From a virus (taxonomy: Duplodnaviria > Caudoviricetes): 64,000 bases of DNA. The stretch spans positions 1 through 64,000 of the IMG/VR virus record IMGVR_UViG_2921473944_000001; one strand, 5' to 3'. Below the pieces are notes generated by a model. It searched no databases, had not been told where the DNA came from, and saw only the letters and a list, made by a program, of their open reading frames with translations. Made by a program: the position numbers and the translations under genes. Shown here piece after piece: positions 9,602-19,569 of this stretch. Position 1 is the stretch's first letter, and the number at the start of each line of letters is the position of its first letter.

Positions 9602-12600
9602 TTATCTTCTCCTCTCGATATTGGCAGCTCGTACAAGCGTCTGAATAGCATTTGATACGTTGCTACCATCATCATAGGTTATTCCGTTTACATTGTATGT
9701 GTTTCCACTTATGGATCCAATTTCTTTGCGAAGCCCATCAATAGCCTTGATCACATCAGTATTAAATCTATTTTGATTTACAACATCCGCTGTGTTAATA
9801 GTGGCAATTCCGCTCGTTGACAAGCCTATTGTCTTATTGGTATTTAACAGTCCGTCGATATATCCAATGCCAGAATTTATATCAGACATGTCGAGAACTG
9901 GATGAATTGTAATTTCTTGGTCTGCATCAATACCCAAAGTAGCGATATTGTTTACCAAAGTCAAAGCTTCAGTGATACTGTCGCTAGCTTTATTACCCAT
10001 AGACTTACCAGCCTGATAAACTGATGAAGCCATTTCTTTCATACCAATAACAAGCCCCTCACCTAACCATCTACCAGCCTTTCGTGTAGCTTTTGATGGC
10101 GAATGAGATTGCTGTCCAGCTTTCTCTCCTGCCACAGCTTTCTTACCAAGGTTGTAACCAGCTCGATATGCGGCGGCCTGCTTTGAATTTATACCTGATA
10201 CAAGACCAGAACCGAGGTATTGTCCAGCCGACTGGAATGAATAATAATAACTTCTTATTGCTCCAGAGCAACTACTTAAAGCAGATGATATAGCAGACGT
10301 AACTCGTGATGCTCCGTTATAGATGCCACCAGATAGGGAGTTCATTAGACTTATCCCAGCAGCCATAAAGTCAGTTCCGCGAGATGTGATTCTGGATTTA
10401 GCATTTGTAATTATGGTTGTGATCTGGGATAATAATGAAGGCGCGCCACCCATTACACCGGTACGCAAATTGGTTGTGATCTGGCGCCCTGTTGTTATAA
10501 AGGTACTGACTTTTACCTTTGTAGCTGATACGATTCGTGCCATTACCGATGATACAGCTGATATAACACCACCTGATCCAGAATTAACCCCTACGCTCAT
10601 ACCAAGCATCATTGTTGAACCTGCTGTAGCAAAATATGATTGACGACTTGTTATCGCAGCAATAACAGAAGTCATCATAGTATTGAATGCTTGTTCTATA
10701 ACGTAGCTTTGACTTAGAACTGTTCCGGACATAGTAGTCATTACTGTAGTCATTGCTGTAGATATAGTAGGACCAGCTGTTGTAAATGCGTTAACAAAAT
10801 TATCAGCAGCTTGTTGTCCCGCTATTGCAAACTGACTTCCGCTATTCATGAGAATTCCAGTTGCACTGTTAACAAGACTACTTACAGCAGTTGGCAATAT
10901 AGTTTGAGCATTTTGAATTGGAGTAATTAAATTAGAAACTATAACATCACCAAGTCCGTTTACGCTAGATACGTTAGACGAAAAGCTTAATAATGATGAT
11001 GCAAGCACTGATAATCCAGCACTAACAGTTCCGAATTGAACGTCATTCAACTGTTTCATGGCAGTAGATATTGATTCAATACTGCTAACAACATAACTTA
11101 TATCTTGTATACCTTCAAATGAACGCACTCCGTTTGCTAGTTTTGATAACTGTTCCTCTATGGTTTCTGGTACTGTCACGTCTTTCCATTTCTTAACAGA
11201 CGATGCTAGATTACCAATAGGTTCTGTAACAGAATCGAGTGTCCATCCCCCAACGAATGCTGTACCAAAGGATTTAATACCTTTAGCTATACTTTGTAAT
11301 CCTGATTCGAGGTCTTTTGGAACGGTCACGTCATTCCATTTCTTTATAGATTTTGCTAAATCTCCGACAGGACCAACTATAGCGTCAAGTGTCCATCCTC
11401 CTACAAATGCTGCACTGAATGATTTGATACCATCTGATATTTTCTTCAAATCAGAATCAATATTTTCTGGAACCGTCACGTCGTTCCATTTCTTTATAGA
11501 ATCTGGAAGCTTTCCAAGAGGTCCAGTAATTGCGTCTATACTCAAGCCGCCGACAAACGCCCATGTAAACGCTTTAACCCCATTTGCTATCTGCGTTAAT
11601 CCTTCCTCAAGACCTTCAGGTATAGTTACACCGGACCATTTACGTATAGAATCAGCCATCATACCTATTGCAGGCGCTGATTCACTTAATGCAGATGCAC
11701 CCAATCCTCCAAAGGTAAAGCTCATAATACCAGATGCTAATGACGATAACTGATTAGCCAATCCTTCTGGCACAGTTACATCTTTCCATTTCTTAACCGA
11801 GTCGGCGAGGACACCAAGTGGCTCAGCTACAGCTGCAATCGAGAATGATCCTAATATCGATAACGTGTTAGCTAATCCGCCCAAGGCAAGTTCGCCTAAG
11901 GCAGCACCCATAGCAGCCAATCCGTTACTTATCTCGTCCCAACTCATGGCACCGAATTTCTGTAACGCTGTAGCCAAATCATCCAAGCTTTGTACAGCAA
12001 CTAATATAGTAGCTGCACCAAGTAAGCCTGCTCCTCCACATAAGGTTCCGATAAGTCCCGAAATTAGTCCGAGTTCGCCAAGAGCTTCGCCCATTCCAGC
12101 TAAACCTTTTGCGGTTTCATCCCATGTCATTGATCCAAACTTCTTAAGAGCTTCAGCTAGATCATCTAAGCTTTGCACTGCTACGAGAATAGTAGCGGCA
12201 CCAAGTAGTCCAGATATACCAGCTAATTTACCAAGTAATCCAGATATAACAGATAGTTCAGTTAACGCTCCACCCAGTCCAACTAGTCCTTGAGCAATGT
12301 TTTCCCAGCCCATTATTCCTATTTTATTAAGGGCATCAGCTATATCCATGAGACTTTGAACTGCTATAAGGATAGTAGTGGCGCCTAATAAACCTGAAAA
12401 TCCTGTTAATTTGCCAAGTAATCCCGATACTACTGCTATTTCACTTAGAGCAACACCCATTCCCGTAAGACCTCTGGCTATACTGTCCCACGATATCGAG
12501 CCTATTTGTTTCATAGCATCAGCTATGTCGGATAATCCTTGTACAGTCAGTAGGATTGTACCAGCTCCTATAATCCCTGAGAATCCAGCTAATTTGCCGA

Positions 12601-15600
12601 CAAGACCGGATATAAGACCGAGTTCACCAAGAGCTTCTCCCATTCCAGCCAATCCTTTAGCGATGTCATCCCATGACATAAATGCAAATTTCATAAAAGC
12701 ATTAACCATAGCATCTAATCCTGATATAACTATAAGGATCGCACCAGCACCAAATATACTTGAGAAACCGGCTAATTTTCCGACGGCTGTCACTACGGTT
12801 GCTATTTCACCTAAGGCTACACCCATACCAGTAAGGCCTTTTTTAATAACGTCCCAACTCATGAAACCAAATTTCTTAAGAGTTTCTGCTATTGTATCAA
12901 GTCCTTGGGTTACTATTAATATTGCACCAGCACCAAATATACTTGAGAAGCCTGCAAGTTTACTGATAGCTGTAAGAGATACGGTTAATTCAGTCAATGC
13001 ACCGCCCATACCTACAAGCCCTCTGGCTATACCATCCCAGTTCATATCACCGAATTTGACTAATCCGGAAGCAAGTTTATCCAATGATTGAACTGCTATA
13101 AGCATACTTACGCTACTTAATATAGAAGCCCCGCCGTTAGATTTTCCAAGTTGGTTTATAATACTTGTAAATATCTTAAGAGCAGCTCCCATACCTACAA
13201 GACCTCTGGCAATTTCAGACCATGATAATGTTGCAAACGTAGTCATCGCATTACCGAGCATTTCACAACTCTTGGCTAGTGCTAATAAGGCAATACTGGT
13301 AGATGCCGATATTTTGACATCAGAAATACTTTTGACTCCTACACATAGTGTGAGTAAACCAGCACCAGTACCTACTAATCCTTTGGCTATATCATCCCAT
13401 GACAATCCTGACATTTTCACCATAGCATTAGCAAGTATATTGAGCGCCGCGGACATAACGACCATAGAGCCAGCCGCTTTGATAACACCATTTGTGTCGT
13501 ACTTGCTTAAAGTCTTATTCATAGATCTGAAAGATATATTAAGCATTGTAAATAACAATGCAATTGAAGCGAGAGATTTACCAATATCTTCAACACTTAG
13601 ATTAGATATCTTATCCATAGCTCCAGCTAACAAACTTATTGCAAGTGCTATTTCCAACAACGCTGTGGCTTTAATACCAGTGGTGAATGCTTCCAATGAG
13701 TCGTGTAGAGAATCAAGAGCATTATTAATTTTCTCAACTATTTGTCCTATTTTACTGTCTTCACCTTTTCCAAATAATTCTTCTATTTTGTCTTTAATTG
13801 TTTGAACAAGGCCTATAATTTTCTTTATCGTAACGAAGATACCTCCGCCAATCAGTCCAGCAAATAAGTCGCCTAGAGTGAAGTTTTCTTTTACCCAGTC
13901 AACAAATTGTTTAACATATCCACTTATGGTAGATATAACGCTTGTTATAACATCTTTTATCTTCGTAAATACGATTGATATGTTTTTAATCTTATCCGAA
14001 ATATAATCGAAGACATTAGATATACCATCTTTCATAGACGCTAACTCATTTAGAAATCCGTCTATGTGGAATTTATTGTTTACGGCCCCAAATACTGAGT
14101 CCAATAAATCTAACAAACCGTTAAGTGCAGCTGAAATAATACCAACTACTGTGCCTAAACCGTTTGCTATATCATCTATTTTGAAACTATCGTTCAATCG
14201 TGATAATGCATCACCTATAGCTTCTCCTATGGATAATACATGTTCTGCTAAATTGCTTACTCCACTCGATGTAAGTAATTGAAAGAATGCTTTACCGATA
14301 CCGCCGATTACTTTAATACCGATAGATGCTATTGAAAAGAGTCCTTCAAACGTCTTCTCGAGTTTTGCTGCAATCGGATCAGACAATGTCATCTTAGCCG
14401 TTAAATCTCTAATCCCCTCTGTTATAGCAAGTAACTGTTTTGCTGTAGCCGGAGGAAATACGTAGTTAAAAGCTTCCTTAATTGGAGTAATTATTGATAA
14501 CAGAGCATTAAATGCATTCCTGAAAGAATCTATCAATGCAGTTCTACCGCCGAGATTAGCCCATTCTTTAACAATAGCATTTCGTGCATCAGATGACTTA
14601 TTGATAGCATCGCTTAGAACATCACTTACAGAAGTCCACAATTCTTTAGCTTCTTCAAAGTCTCCAATTACATTTCTCCAGGTTTCGGTCCATCCCGATC
14701 CTAATGCTTCTTTAAGAGTATCAATCAACTGTGAGAAAGTTTTTACTTTTGTAGCGGCAGCTCCTGCAGTCTTGGCCATATCAGCCATCTGTTTAGCTTG
14801 TTCTTCACTGTATCCTTGATCTAAAAACTTTTTAACAGCCGCTTCATATTCTTCTTGTGTGTCAGCTGCAGTTGCAAACTGATCGAGTGTTTGTGTGAGA
14901 ACTTCTGTAGTCAACCACCCTGTCTGCAACGATTCTCTGAATGAACCTTTAGCATCAATGGCTGCTTGTGCTCCAGTCTTTAGATGTTCAGAAGTTCGTA
15001 TTAAGGCATCCTGAAATACCTGACCACCCATACCGGCATTAACAACTGAGTTCCAGTCCATAAGTTTTACAGTACCGGCAGCCAATGCCTGTGATAACTG
15101 ATACATTGCTGTCGATGCCTGTTGAGATGTTGAACCTGATACTGCTGCAAGGTTAGCAATACCTTGGATTGCTGATACTGAAGTATCAAGCTTTACACCG
15201 GCTGCTGTAAACGTACCGATATTACGGGTCATTTCCGTAAAGTTATAGATGGTTTTATCAGCATAATGATTCAGCTCATCAAGAGCAGCGTTAACCATTT
15301 TGACGTTTGTTCCCTCTTTTTGAGTATTCGCTAAGATGGTCTGTACAGCATTCATCTGAGTCTCATATTCGGCGAAACCGTCTTTTATTGGTTGTGTGGT
15401 TATAGCTGATACAATCCTCTTACCAGTATTTAGAGCTGAGTTAGTAATGTTAGCTAATGCTGTGATTGCAATAACTTCCATGGCTGAAAACTTAGCTCGA
15501 ACTGTTTCGACTCCGTTTGCAAGCGGAGACATATCAACTTTTCTAGCCGCTGTACCTAATTCTTCAAGACTCTTAGAAGAATCTTTAAAATTTAAACTCT

Positions 15601-15703
15601 TTTTTAGCTTGTCCAAAGTCGACATACTCGTAGCGACATTCTTTTCAAACTGGGCATTATCGAATCGCATTTCAACAATACGTTCGTCAATTGTTCTACT
15701 CAT
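9602..15703 (-). CDS. Tape measure protein
   Basis: ~2030 aa, Ala/Gly-rich amphipathic repeats ('SWDxIAxGLxGMGxAL', 'KKWxDVTVP'), N-terminal tape-measure domain. Likely start MSRTIDE at 15703, with ATGA overlap with the upstream gene; the ORF track extends it to 15724. Confidence 0.95.
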   Translation of the reverse strand: MSRTIDERIVEMRFDNAQFEKNVATSMSTLDKLKKSLNFKDSSKSLEELGTAARKVDMSPLANGVETVRAKFSAMEVIAITALANITNSALNTGKRIVSAITTQPIKDGFAEYETQMNAVQTILANTQKEGTNVKMVNAALDELNHYADKTIYNFTEMTRNIGTFTAAGVKLDTSVSAIQGIANLAAVSGSTSQQASTAMYQLSQALAAGTVKLMDWNSVVNAGMGGQVFQDALIRTSEHLKTGAQAAIDAKGSFRESLQTGWLTTEVLTQTLDQFATAADTQEEYEAAVKKFLDQGYSEEQAKQMADMAKTAGAAATKVKTFSQLIDTLKEALGSGWTETWRNVIGDFEEAKELWTSVSDVLSDAINKSSDARNAIVKEWANLGGRTALIDSFRNAFNALLSIITPIKEAFNYVFPPATAKQLLAITEGIRDLTAKMTLSDPIAAKLEKTFEGLFSIASIGIKVIGGIGKAFFQLLTSSGVSNLAEHVLSIGEAIGDALSRLNDSFKIDDIANGLGTVVGIISAALNGLLDLLDSVFGAVNNKFHIDGFLNELASMKDGISNVFDYISDKIKNISIVFTKIKDVITSVISTISGYVKQFVDWVKENFTLGDLFAGLIGGGIFVTIKKIIGLVQTIKDKIEELFGKGEDSKIGQIVEKINNALDSLHDSLEAFTTGIKATALLEIALAISLLAGAMDKISNLSVEDIGKSLASIALLFTMLNISFRSMNKTLSKYDTNGVIKAAGSMVVMSAALNILANAMVKMSGLSWDDIAKGLVGTGAGLLTLCVGVKSISDVKISASTSIALLALAKSCEMLGNAMTTFATLSWSEIARGLVGMGAALKIFTSIINQLGKSNGGASILSSVSMLIAVQSLDKLASGLVKFGDMNWDGIARGLVGMGGALTELTVSLTAISKLAGFSSIFGAGAILIVTQGLDTIAETLKKFGFMSWDVIKKGLTGMGVALGEIATVVTAVGKLAGFSSIFGAGAILIVISGLDAMVNAFMKFAFMSWDDIAKGLAGMGEALGELGLISGLVGKLAGFSGIIGAGTILLTVQGLSDIADAMKQIGSISWDSIARGLTGMGVALSEIAVVSGLLGKLTGFSGLLGATTILIAVQSLMDIADALNKIGIMGWENIAQGLVGLGGALTELSVISGLLGKLAGISGLLGAATILVAVQSLDDLAEALKKFGSMTWDETAKGLAGMGEALGELGLISGLIGTLCGGAGLLGAATILVAVQSLDDLATALQKFGAMSWDEISNGLAAMGAALGELALGGLANTLSILGSFSIAAVAEPLGVLADSVKKWKDVTVPEGLANQLSSLASGIMSFTFGGLGASALSESAPAIGMMADSIRKWSGVTIPEGLEEGLTQIANGVKAFTWAFVGGLSIDAITGPLGKLPDSIKKWNDVTVPENIDSDLKKISDGIKSFSAAFVGGWTLDAIVGPVGDLAKSIKKWNDVTVPKDLESGLQSIAKGIKSFGTAFVGGWTLDSVTEPIGNLASSVKKWKDVTVPETIEEQLSKLANGVRSFEGIQDISYVVSSIESISTAMKQLNDVQFGTVSAGLSVLASSLLSFSSNVSSVNGLGDVIVSNLITPIQNAQTILPTAVSSLVNSATGILMNSGSQFAIAGQQAADNFVNAFTTAGPTISTAMTTVMTTMSGTVLSQSYVIEQAFNTMMTSVIAAITSRQSYFATAGSTMMLGMSVGVNSGSGGVISAVSSVMARIVSATKVKVSTFITTGRQITTNLRTGVMGGAPSLLSQITTIITNAKSRITSRGTDFMAAGISLMNSLSGGIYNGASRVTSAISSALSSCSGAIRSYYYSFQSAGQYLGSGLVSGINSKQAAAYRAGYNLGKKAVAGEKAGQQSHSPSKATRKAGRWLGEGLVIGMKEMASSVYQAGKSMGNKASDSITEALTLVNNIATLGIDADQEITIHPVLDMSDINSGIGYIDGLLNTNKTIGLSTSGIATINTADVVNQNRFNTDVIKAIDGLRKEIGSISGNTYNVNGITYDDGSNVSNAIQTLVRAANIERRR

Positions 15704-16077
15704 ATACTGGTAACCTCCTTCCAAGCCTCTTCAGCAAGCTGATCAAATATTGGTTGGATAGCAGGATTAATATAATCGCGCCCTTCAACCCAACCTCCGG
15801 TACCAGTGCCATGTCCGTACTGTAATATGAGTGCGATGTTAACACCTTTATTGATGTTTGAATTGTAAAATTCGATAGACGTGTAACTTCCAGCTCGCTT
15901 TATGGAATATGTCCATGAAGCTGCGGTTTTTCCAGTTTCTGTAGGTGTCGCCGACGCCAGGGCTGCTACCCCAGCTTTTCCGTACTTATCGAGTACACTA
16001 ACTTTGGCAGCTTCCTTTACTTTTTCGAAATATCGATTCAACTTCGAAAAATCACCCTTTTGTCTAAAACTTATCAT
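15700..16077 (-). CDS. HK97 gp10-like tail component
   Basis: 'TPxxTGKTAASW...LQYGHGTGTGGWVEGRDYINPAIQP' motif typical of this neck/tail family. Confidence 0.65.
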   Translation of the reverse strand: MISFRQKGDFSKLNRYFEKVKEAAKVSVLDKYGKAGVAALASATPTETGKTAASWTYSIKRAGSYTSIEFYNSNINKGVNIALILQYGHGTGTGGWVEGRDYINPAIQPIFDQLAEEAWKEVTSI

Positions 16078-16095
16078 TTTGATTCACACCTTTAT

Positions 16096-16140
16096 AAAAA
16101 CAAAAAGAGAAGGCTACGATTATCTCATAGTCCTCTCTCT
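16096..16140 (-). terminator. Probable intrinsic terminator after the endolysin
   Basis: GAGAGGACTATGAG...GTAGCCTTCTC stem followed by a U-rich tract on the minus strand. Confidence 0.55.
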
Positions 16141-17184
16141 TTAGATTATTTCAATCTGTACAGCATCAATTGCATGACCGTAGACCCCAGCATAGCCATT
16201 AGAACCTTCACCGTAGTCTGTTACCCATGCAAGCCAGCCGTCTTCTTTTGTATGAACACGATATTTAACGTGTCGTCCTTTTACGCCATCGATACAGAAC
16301 TGAAGTCCATCAATCTCACTCTTGCATGTACCAGCAAAGGTATCACCGCTGTTGTCTTTGTTGTAATCGGTACGCCATCCAAACCAATAACTGCCTTTCT
16401 TATGTGCACGATATTTCAGATATCCGACAGTCGCAGCATCGCCTTTAGTTTTTGCTCTGAAACCAAGCATAGGATGACCAAGAGCCCCTGAGTATCCGTT
16501 AGCATTGTTTGTGTTATAGTTTGTTACTTCTGAAAGCCAGCCAATACCGCTAGCGAACACCTGATGAACCACGTCGATCTTTGTTGTTGATTGTGCTGGT
16601 ATTGTTGGAACTGGAGTGGGTTTAACAGATGGTGTAGAGCTTGAATGTTTTACGGTCGCACCAGTGATTCCGGCAACAATAGCTTCAGCACATTTATCAG
16701 CATCCCAATGTTCGTAGTCGTCTTTATCATCGACGAAACAACACTCAACGAGAAGTGCTGGTGCTTTGGTGTTGTTAAGGATGTATAATCCGTGAGTATA
16801 TTTTGATCCACGGTTTGTAATACTAAGCGCTGTGGCGATGTTATCGCAAATTCGGTCTGAGATAGCTGCGGTTTTGTTATCGTAGTTCCATACTTCTACT
16901 CCGCCTGTCTTTTCATCACCTGAAGGGTCATTACGCCCGGAGTTAAGATGAATAGAAATGTCGAGATCAACATTATGGATGTTACATTTATTCTTAATGT
17001 TGTTAAGATTCTGTCCCTGAGTTCTTCCAATATCATCTGTACAGTCATAAACAGTATTACCAGCGGCTCTAAGTAACTCGATAACTTTGTTTTTAACTTT
17101 ACGGTCTTCATTTACCTCGTCAAGGAAACCTGATGCTCCTCTACACTGAAGTGAATGCCCGCCGTGTACGTTGTATATAGACAT
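16141..17184 (-). CDS. Endolysin, N-acetylmuramoyl-L-alanine amidase (Amidase_3) with C-terminal cell-wall-binding repeats
   Basis: Zn-amidase motifs 'HGGH...E', 'SIHLNS' and 'LLVECCFVD', a Pro/Thr linker, then 'YRxH....W..W' repeats. Confidence 0.9.
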   Translation of the reverse strand: MSIYNVHGGHSLQCRGASGFLDEVNEDRKVKNKVIELLRAAGNTVYDCTDDIGRTQGQNLNNIKNKCNIHNVDLDISIHLNSGRNDPSGDEKTGGVEVWNYDNKTAAISDRICDNIATALSITNRGSKYTHGLYILNNTKAPALLVECCFVDDKDDYEHWDADKCAEAIVAGITGATVKHSSSTPSVKPTPVPTIPAQSTTKIDVVHQVFASGIGWLSEVTNYNTNNANGYSGALGHPMLGFRAKTKGDAATVGYLKYRAHKKGSYWFGWRTDYNKDNSGDTFAGTCKSEIDGLQFCIDGVKGRHVKYRVHTKEDGWLAWVTDYGEGSNGYAGVYGHAIDAVQIEII

Positions 17185-17202
17185 ATAGCATGTCTCCTTT
17201 CT

Positions 17203-17742
17203 TTATCCTTTTGAATTGAATCGTTTTCGATTAGCAGCATTTATGGCCTTGTGATCGCGAATAATATCAGATGTACTTCGTTTATTACCTGGCGTTCTAT
17301 AGCTTGTACAAACATGAATTAGCGTCAATAAACGGTTCAGATGCCATTTCTCAAATTCGACAGGTATGCCAAGTTCAATCATTTGGTAATAAATCTCTTC
17401 GTTCGTAATTTTTTTGTTTCTACTGCCTTTGTTCTTATCTGAAAAAGTAGTAGCGGTCATTGGTTTGTCTATGTACTCATTAACGACTCTGATATGTTCG
17501 TTTGTAATACATCGATATACATTGGGGTTAACGTTAGGCGTTATTGTCATACATTTGATGTAATCAATGGTTTGTGCCTTTGTTTTATACCGTGTATTAA
17601 TAAATGGTATTTCCCAATTTGATTCCCATTTTGAAATTGAGATAAGTGAATGCTCTAAAGTTAATGCCGTTCTATCGATGTTTATAAACTCGCCTGTTCT
17701 ATCGTCGAACAGCTCTGTTTCTGGAATTATTAGCTTAAGCAT
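17203..17742 (-). CDS. Tail assembly chaperone-like protein
   Basis: Second of two small genes after the major tail protein; 'EEIYYQMIELGIPVEFEKWHLNRLLTLI' motif. Confidence 0.5.
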   Translation of the reverse strand: MLKLIIPETELFDDRTGEFINIDRTALTLEHSLISISKWESNWEIPFINTRYKTKAQTIDYIKCMTITPNVNPNVYRCITNEHIRVVNEYIDKPMTATTFSDKNKGSRNKKITNEEIYYQMIELGIPVEFEKWHLNRLLTLIHVCTSYRTPGNKRSTSDIIRDHKAINAANRKRFNSKG

Positions 17743-17759
17743 TGACTCACCTATTCGGT

Positions 17760-18155
17760 TTAGACAGCAGCAATCATTGTTTCTTTAGACTCATCGAAAT
17801 TTTTTGGCATAATACCATTAACAAATGCCGATGCTGCTTCAGCATTCGTAGCTAATTCCATAAAAAGCTCTGAATATGCTTCGGTCTGTGAGAATGCTTC
17901 TCTATTCTCTTCTGTTTTGATGAAACGTCTACCATCCGGACTCTTTTCGCCATAAGCTGCAAGAACAAGGTCTTTGAAAATTTTCACAAGTTTTGGTCCA
18001 TCCTGTGTATTAACGATCTTCTGAATCATTTCAGCAAGTCCACCTGTTGTGCTAAGTTCCATCTCAGTAACTTCAGCCTTGGACAGGTTAAAATAAAAGT
18101 CTTCAGTTCTCTCGTTATCGTTGTAGTCTGTGTAAGTGATAGTTTTCTTTAACAT
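17760..18155 (-). CDS. Tail assembly chaperone
   Basis: First gene after the major tail protein; 131 aa. Confidence 0.55.
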   Translation of the reverse strand: MLKKTITYTDYNDNERTEDFYFNLSKAEVTEMELSTTGGLAEMIQKIVNTQDGPKLVKIFKDLVLAAYGEKSPDGRRFIKTEENREAFSQTEAYSELFMELATNAEAASAFVNGIMPKNFDESKETMIAAV

Positions 18156-18174
18156 GTGTGTACTCCTTTCGTAT

Positions 18175-18210
18175 AAACAAAGACCCCACCTGTGACAGTG
18201 GAGTCTCTCT
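18175..18210 (-). terminator. Intrinsic terminator after the major tail gene
   Basis: AGACTCCAC-TGTCACAG-GTGGGGTCT hairpin followed by TTGTTT on the minus strand. Confidence 0.7.
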
Positions 18211-18239
18211 TAGTTTTCCATTTTGATTTTTAGGGTTTA

Positions 18240-18902
18240 TTATGCTGCTGCGTCTTTCATAAGTGTGATTACTTCTGCTGGAAGTGGAAGTTTCGATTCA
18301 GCCTGTTCTGTTCCATACAGCATATCCTCAAGTTTCTTAAGTTTAGCTTTGTCGGCCTTTGTAGAATCAATAGTTACTGTAGCAGTTGGCTTAGCGTCAG
18401 CTACTTCCACTGGTGTTGTAGATACTGACCATGACATTGTGCCGGCTTCTGGGCTATCGTTTACTGTTGAATGGTTATTCTCGGACGGAGCTGCAAGACA
18501 TCCGTATACGAGGTGTAACTTGTAGCCATGATCGTTTCCATCTACATCGTTACCAAGCAGAGTTCGGTATGCAAGGCCGAACACTTTACGTTTCTGCTGT
18601 CCAATCACTACTCCTGGTGCGATTTCTTTAGATCCGTCACACTCCTCGAATTCGTCCGGGTATGTGAAAGCTTCGATTGTTGCTGCGAAATCCTCATTTG
18701 AAATCAGGTTAAGGTATTTACCGTTATTTGCATACAGAGCTGTTGGTTCTGCTCCTGATGGGCTCTCATTTACAGCTGAGATACCATTCCAGGCTACGCC
18801 AGTCCCATACTGTCCTGTGGATTCCATAGGGAAAAGTACTACTTTATCAACACCAGTTTCATAGAGTCTTTCTCCAATCTGGTCCCATTTAAGTTTAGAC
18901 AT
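18240..18902 (-). CDS. Major tail protein (phi13-like)
   Basis: 'LKWDQIGERLYETGVD...AWNG...ESPSGAE...YANNGKY' pattern; position after the neck genes. Confidence 0.85.
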   Translation of the reverse strand: MSKLKWDQIGERLYETGVDKVVLFPMESTGQYGTGVAWNGISAVNESPSGAEPTALYANNGKYLNLISNEDFAATIEAFTYPDEFEECDGSKEIAPGVVIGQQKRKVFGLAYRTLLGNDVDGNDHGYKLHLVYGCLAAPSENNHSTVNDSPEAGTMSWSVSTTPVEVADAKPTATVTIDSTKADKAKLKKLEDMLYGTEQAESKLPLPAEVITLMKDAAA

Positions 18903-18921
18903 ATATGTTATCCTCCTATTA

Positions 18922-19242
18922 TTAGAAATATAAAGTGAATGTATCGTGATAGAGATTGTCTGCCTTGTATGTTCTATCTTGTGAACATAGTGGTAGGCGC
19001 AGTAATTTATCCACTACTGGGTGATCCGGTCTGTTATGTATAACAGTGATGTCATAACGATTGGTTAATTGATAAACTTCATTAGAAGCATGCTTAACAT
19101 TCGGTATATTCTTGCTATACACAATCGCCGGGTACTCCATCAATCTGTCTTCCGGTCGGTTGTAATATACCTCTTTAGAACCAAGTAGTTCTTCTAATTT
19201 ACTCTGAAGTTCCAGCCGTGTTCCCATGGTATACACCTCCAA
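18922..19242 (-). CDS. Tail terminator / neck protein
   Basis: 'VYYNRPE...MEYPAIVY' motif; position between head closure and major tail genes. Likely start at 19227. Confidence 0.55.
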   Translation of the reverse strand: MEVYTMGTRLELQSKLEELLGSKEVYYNRPEDRLMEYPAIVYSKNIPNVKHASNEVYQLTNRYDITVIHNRPDHPVVDKLLRLPLCSQDRTYKADNLYHDTFTLYF

Positions 19243-19540
19243 CCGTAAGTATTAATCTTGGGTACTCTACTTTTACGTCTGTGACTTTCCATAAAGTGCC
19301 CATGAATTCCAGATATAGAACTGATGAATAGTGGTATAAAAGATAAGGGTCAGCGAGAATACTAATCTGATTTGAAAGATTAATATCATCACCAACCCTC
19401 TCTGTAGAAACATATCGTTTCCAATTTGTGGATAGTACGTCTCCTTGGTATAGATGTTCTACGATAGCATCTTCGTAGTAACCAGGTTCAATCTCTACAT
19501 CATGTTCTGCAAATCCAATTTTTCCGCACCATTTTGACAT
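19199..19540 (-). CDS. Head closure / head-tail joining protein
   Basis: 'NQISILADPY...YLEFMGTLWKVTDV..YPRLIL' SPP1 gp16-like pattern; directly after the capsid gene. Confidence 0.6.
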   Translation of the reverse strand: MSKWCGKIGFAEHDVEIEPGYYEDAIVEHLYQGDVLSTNWKRYVSTERVGDDINLSNQISILADPYLLYHYSSVLYLEFMGTLWKVTDVKVEYPRLILTVGGVYHGNTAGTSE

Positions 19541-19569
19541 ACTATTTCCTCCATTTTGATTTTATTAGA

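Noticed and set aside
17760-17810. Programmed -1 frameshift joining the two tail chaperone genes at A-AAA-AAT
   Set aside because: The -1 frame hits TGA within three codons, and the second gene has its own start and RBS.
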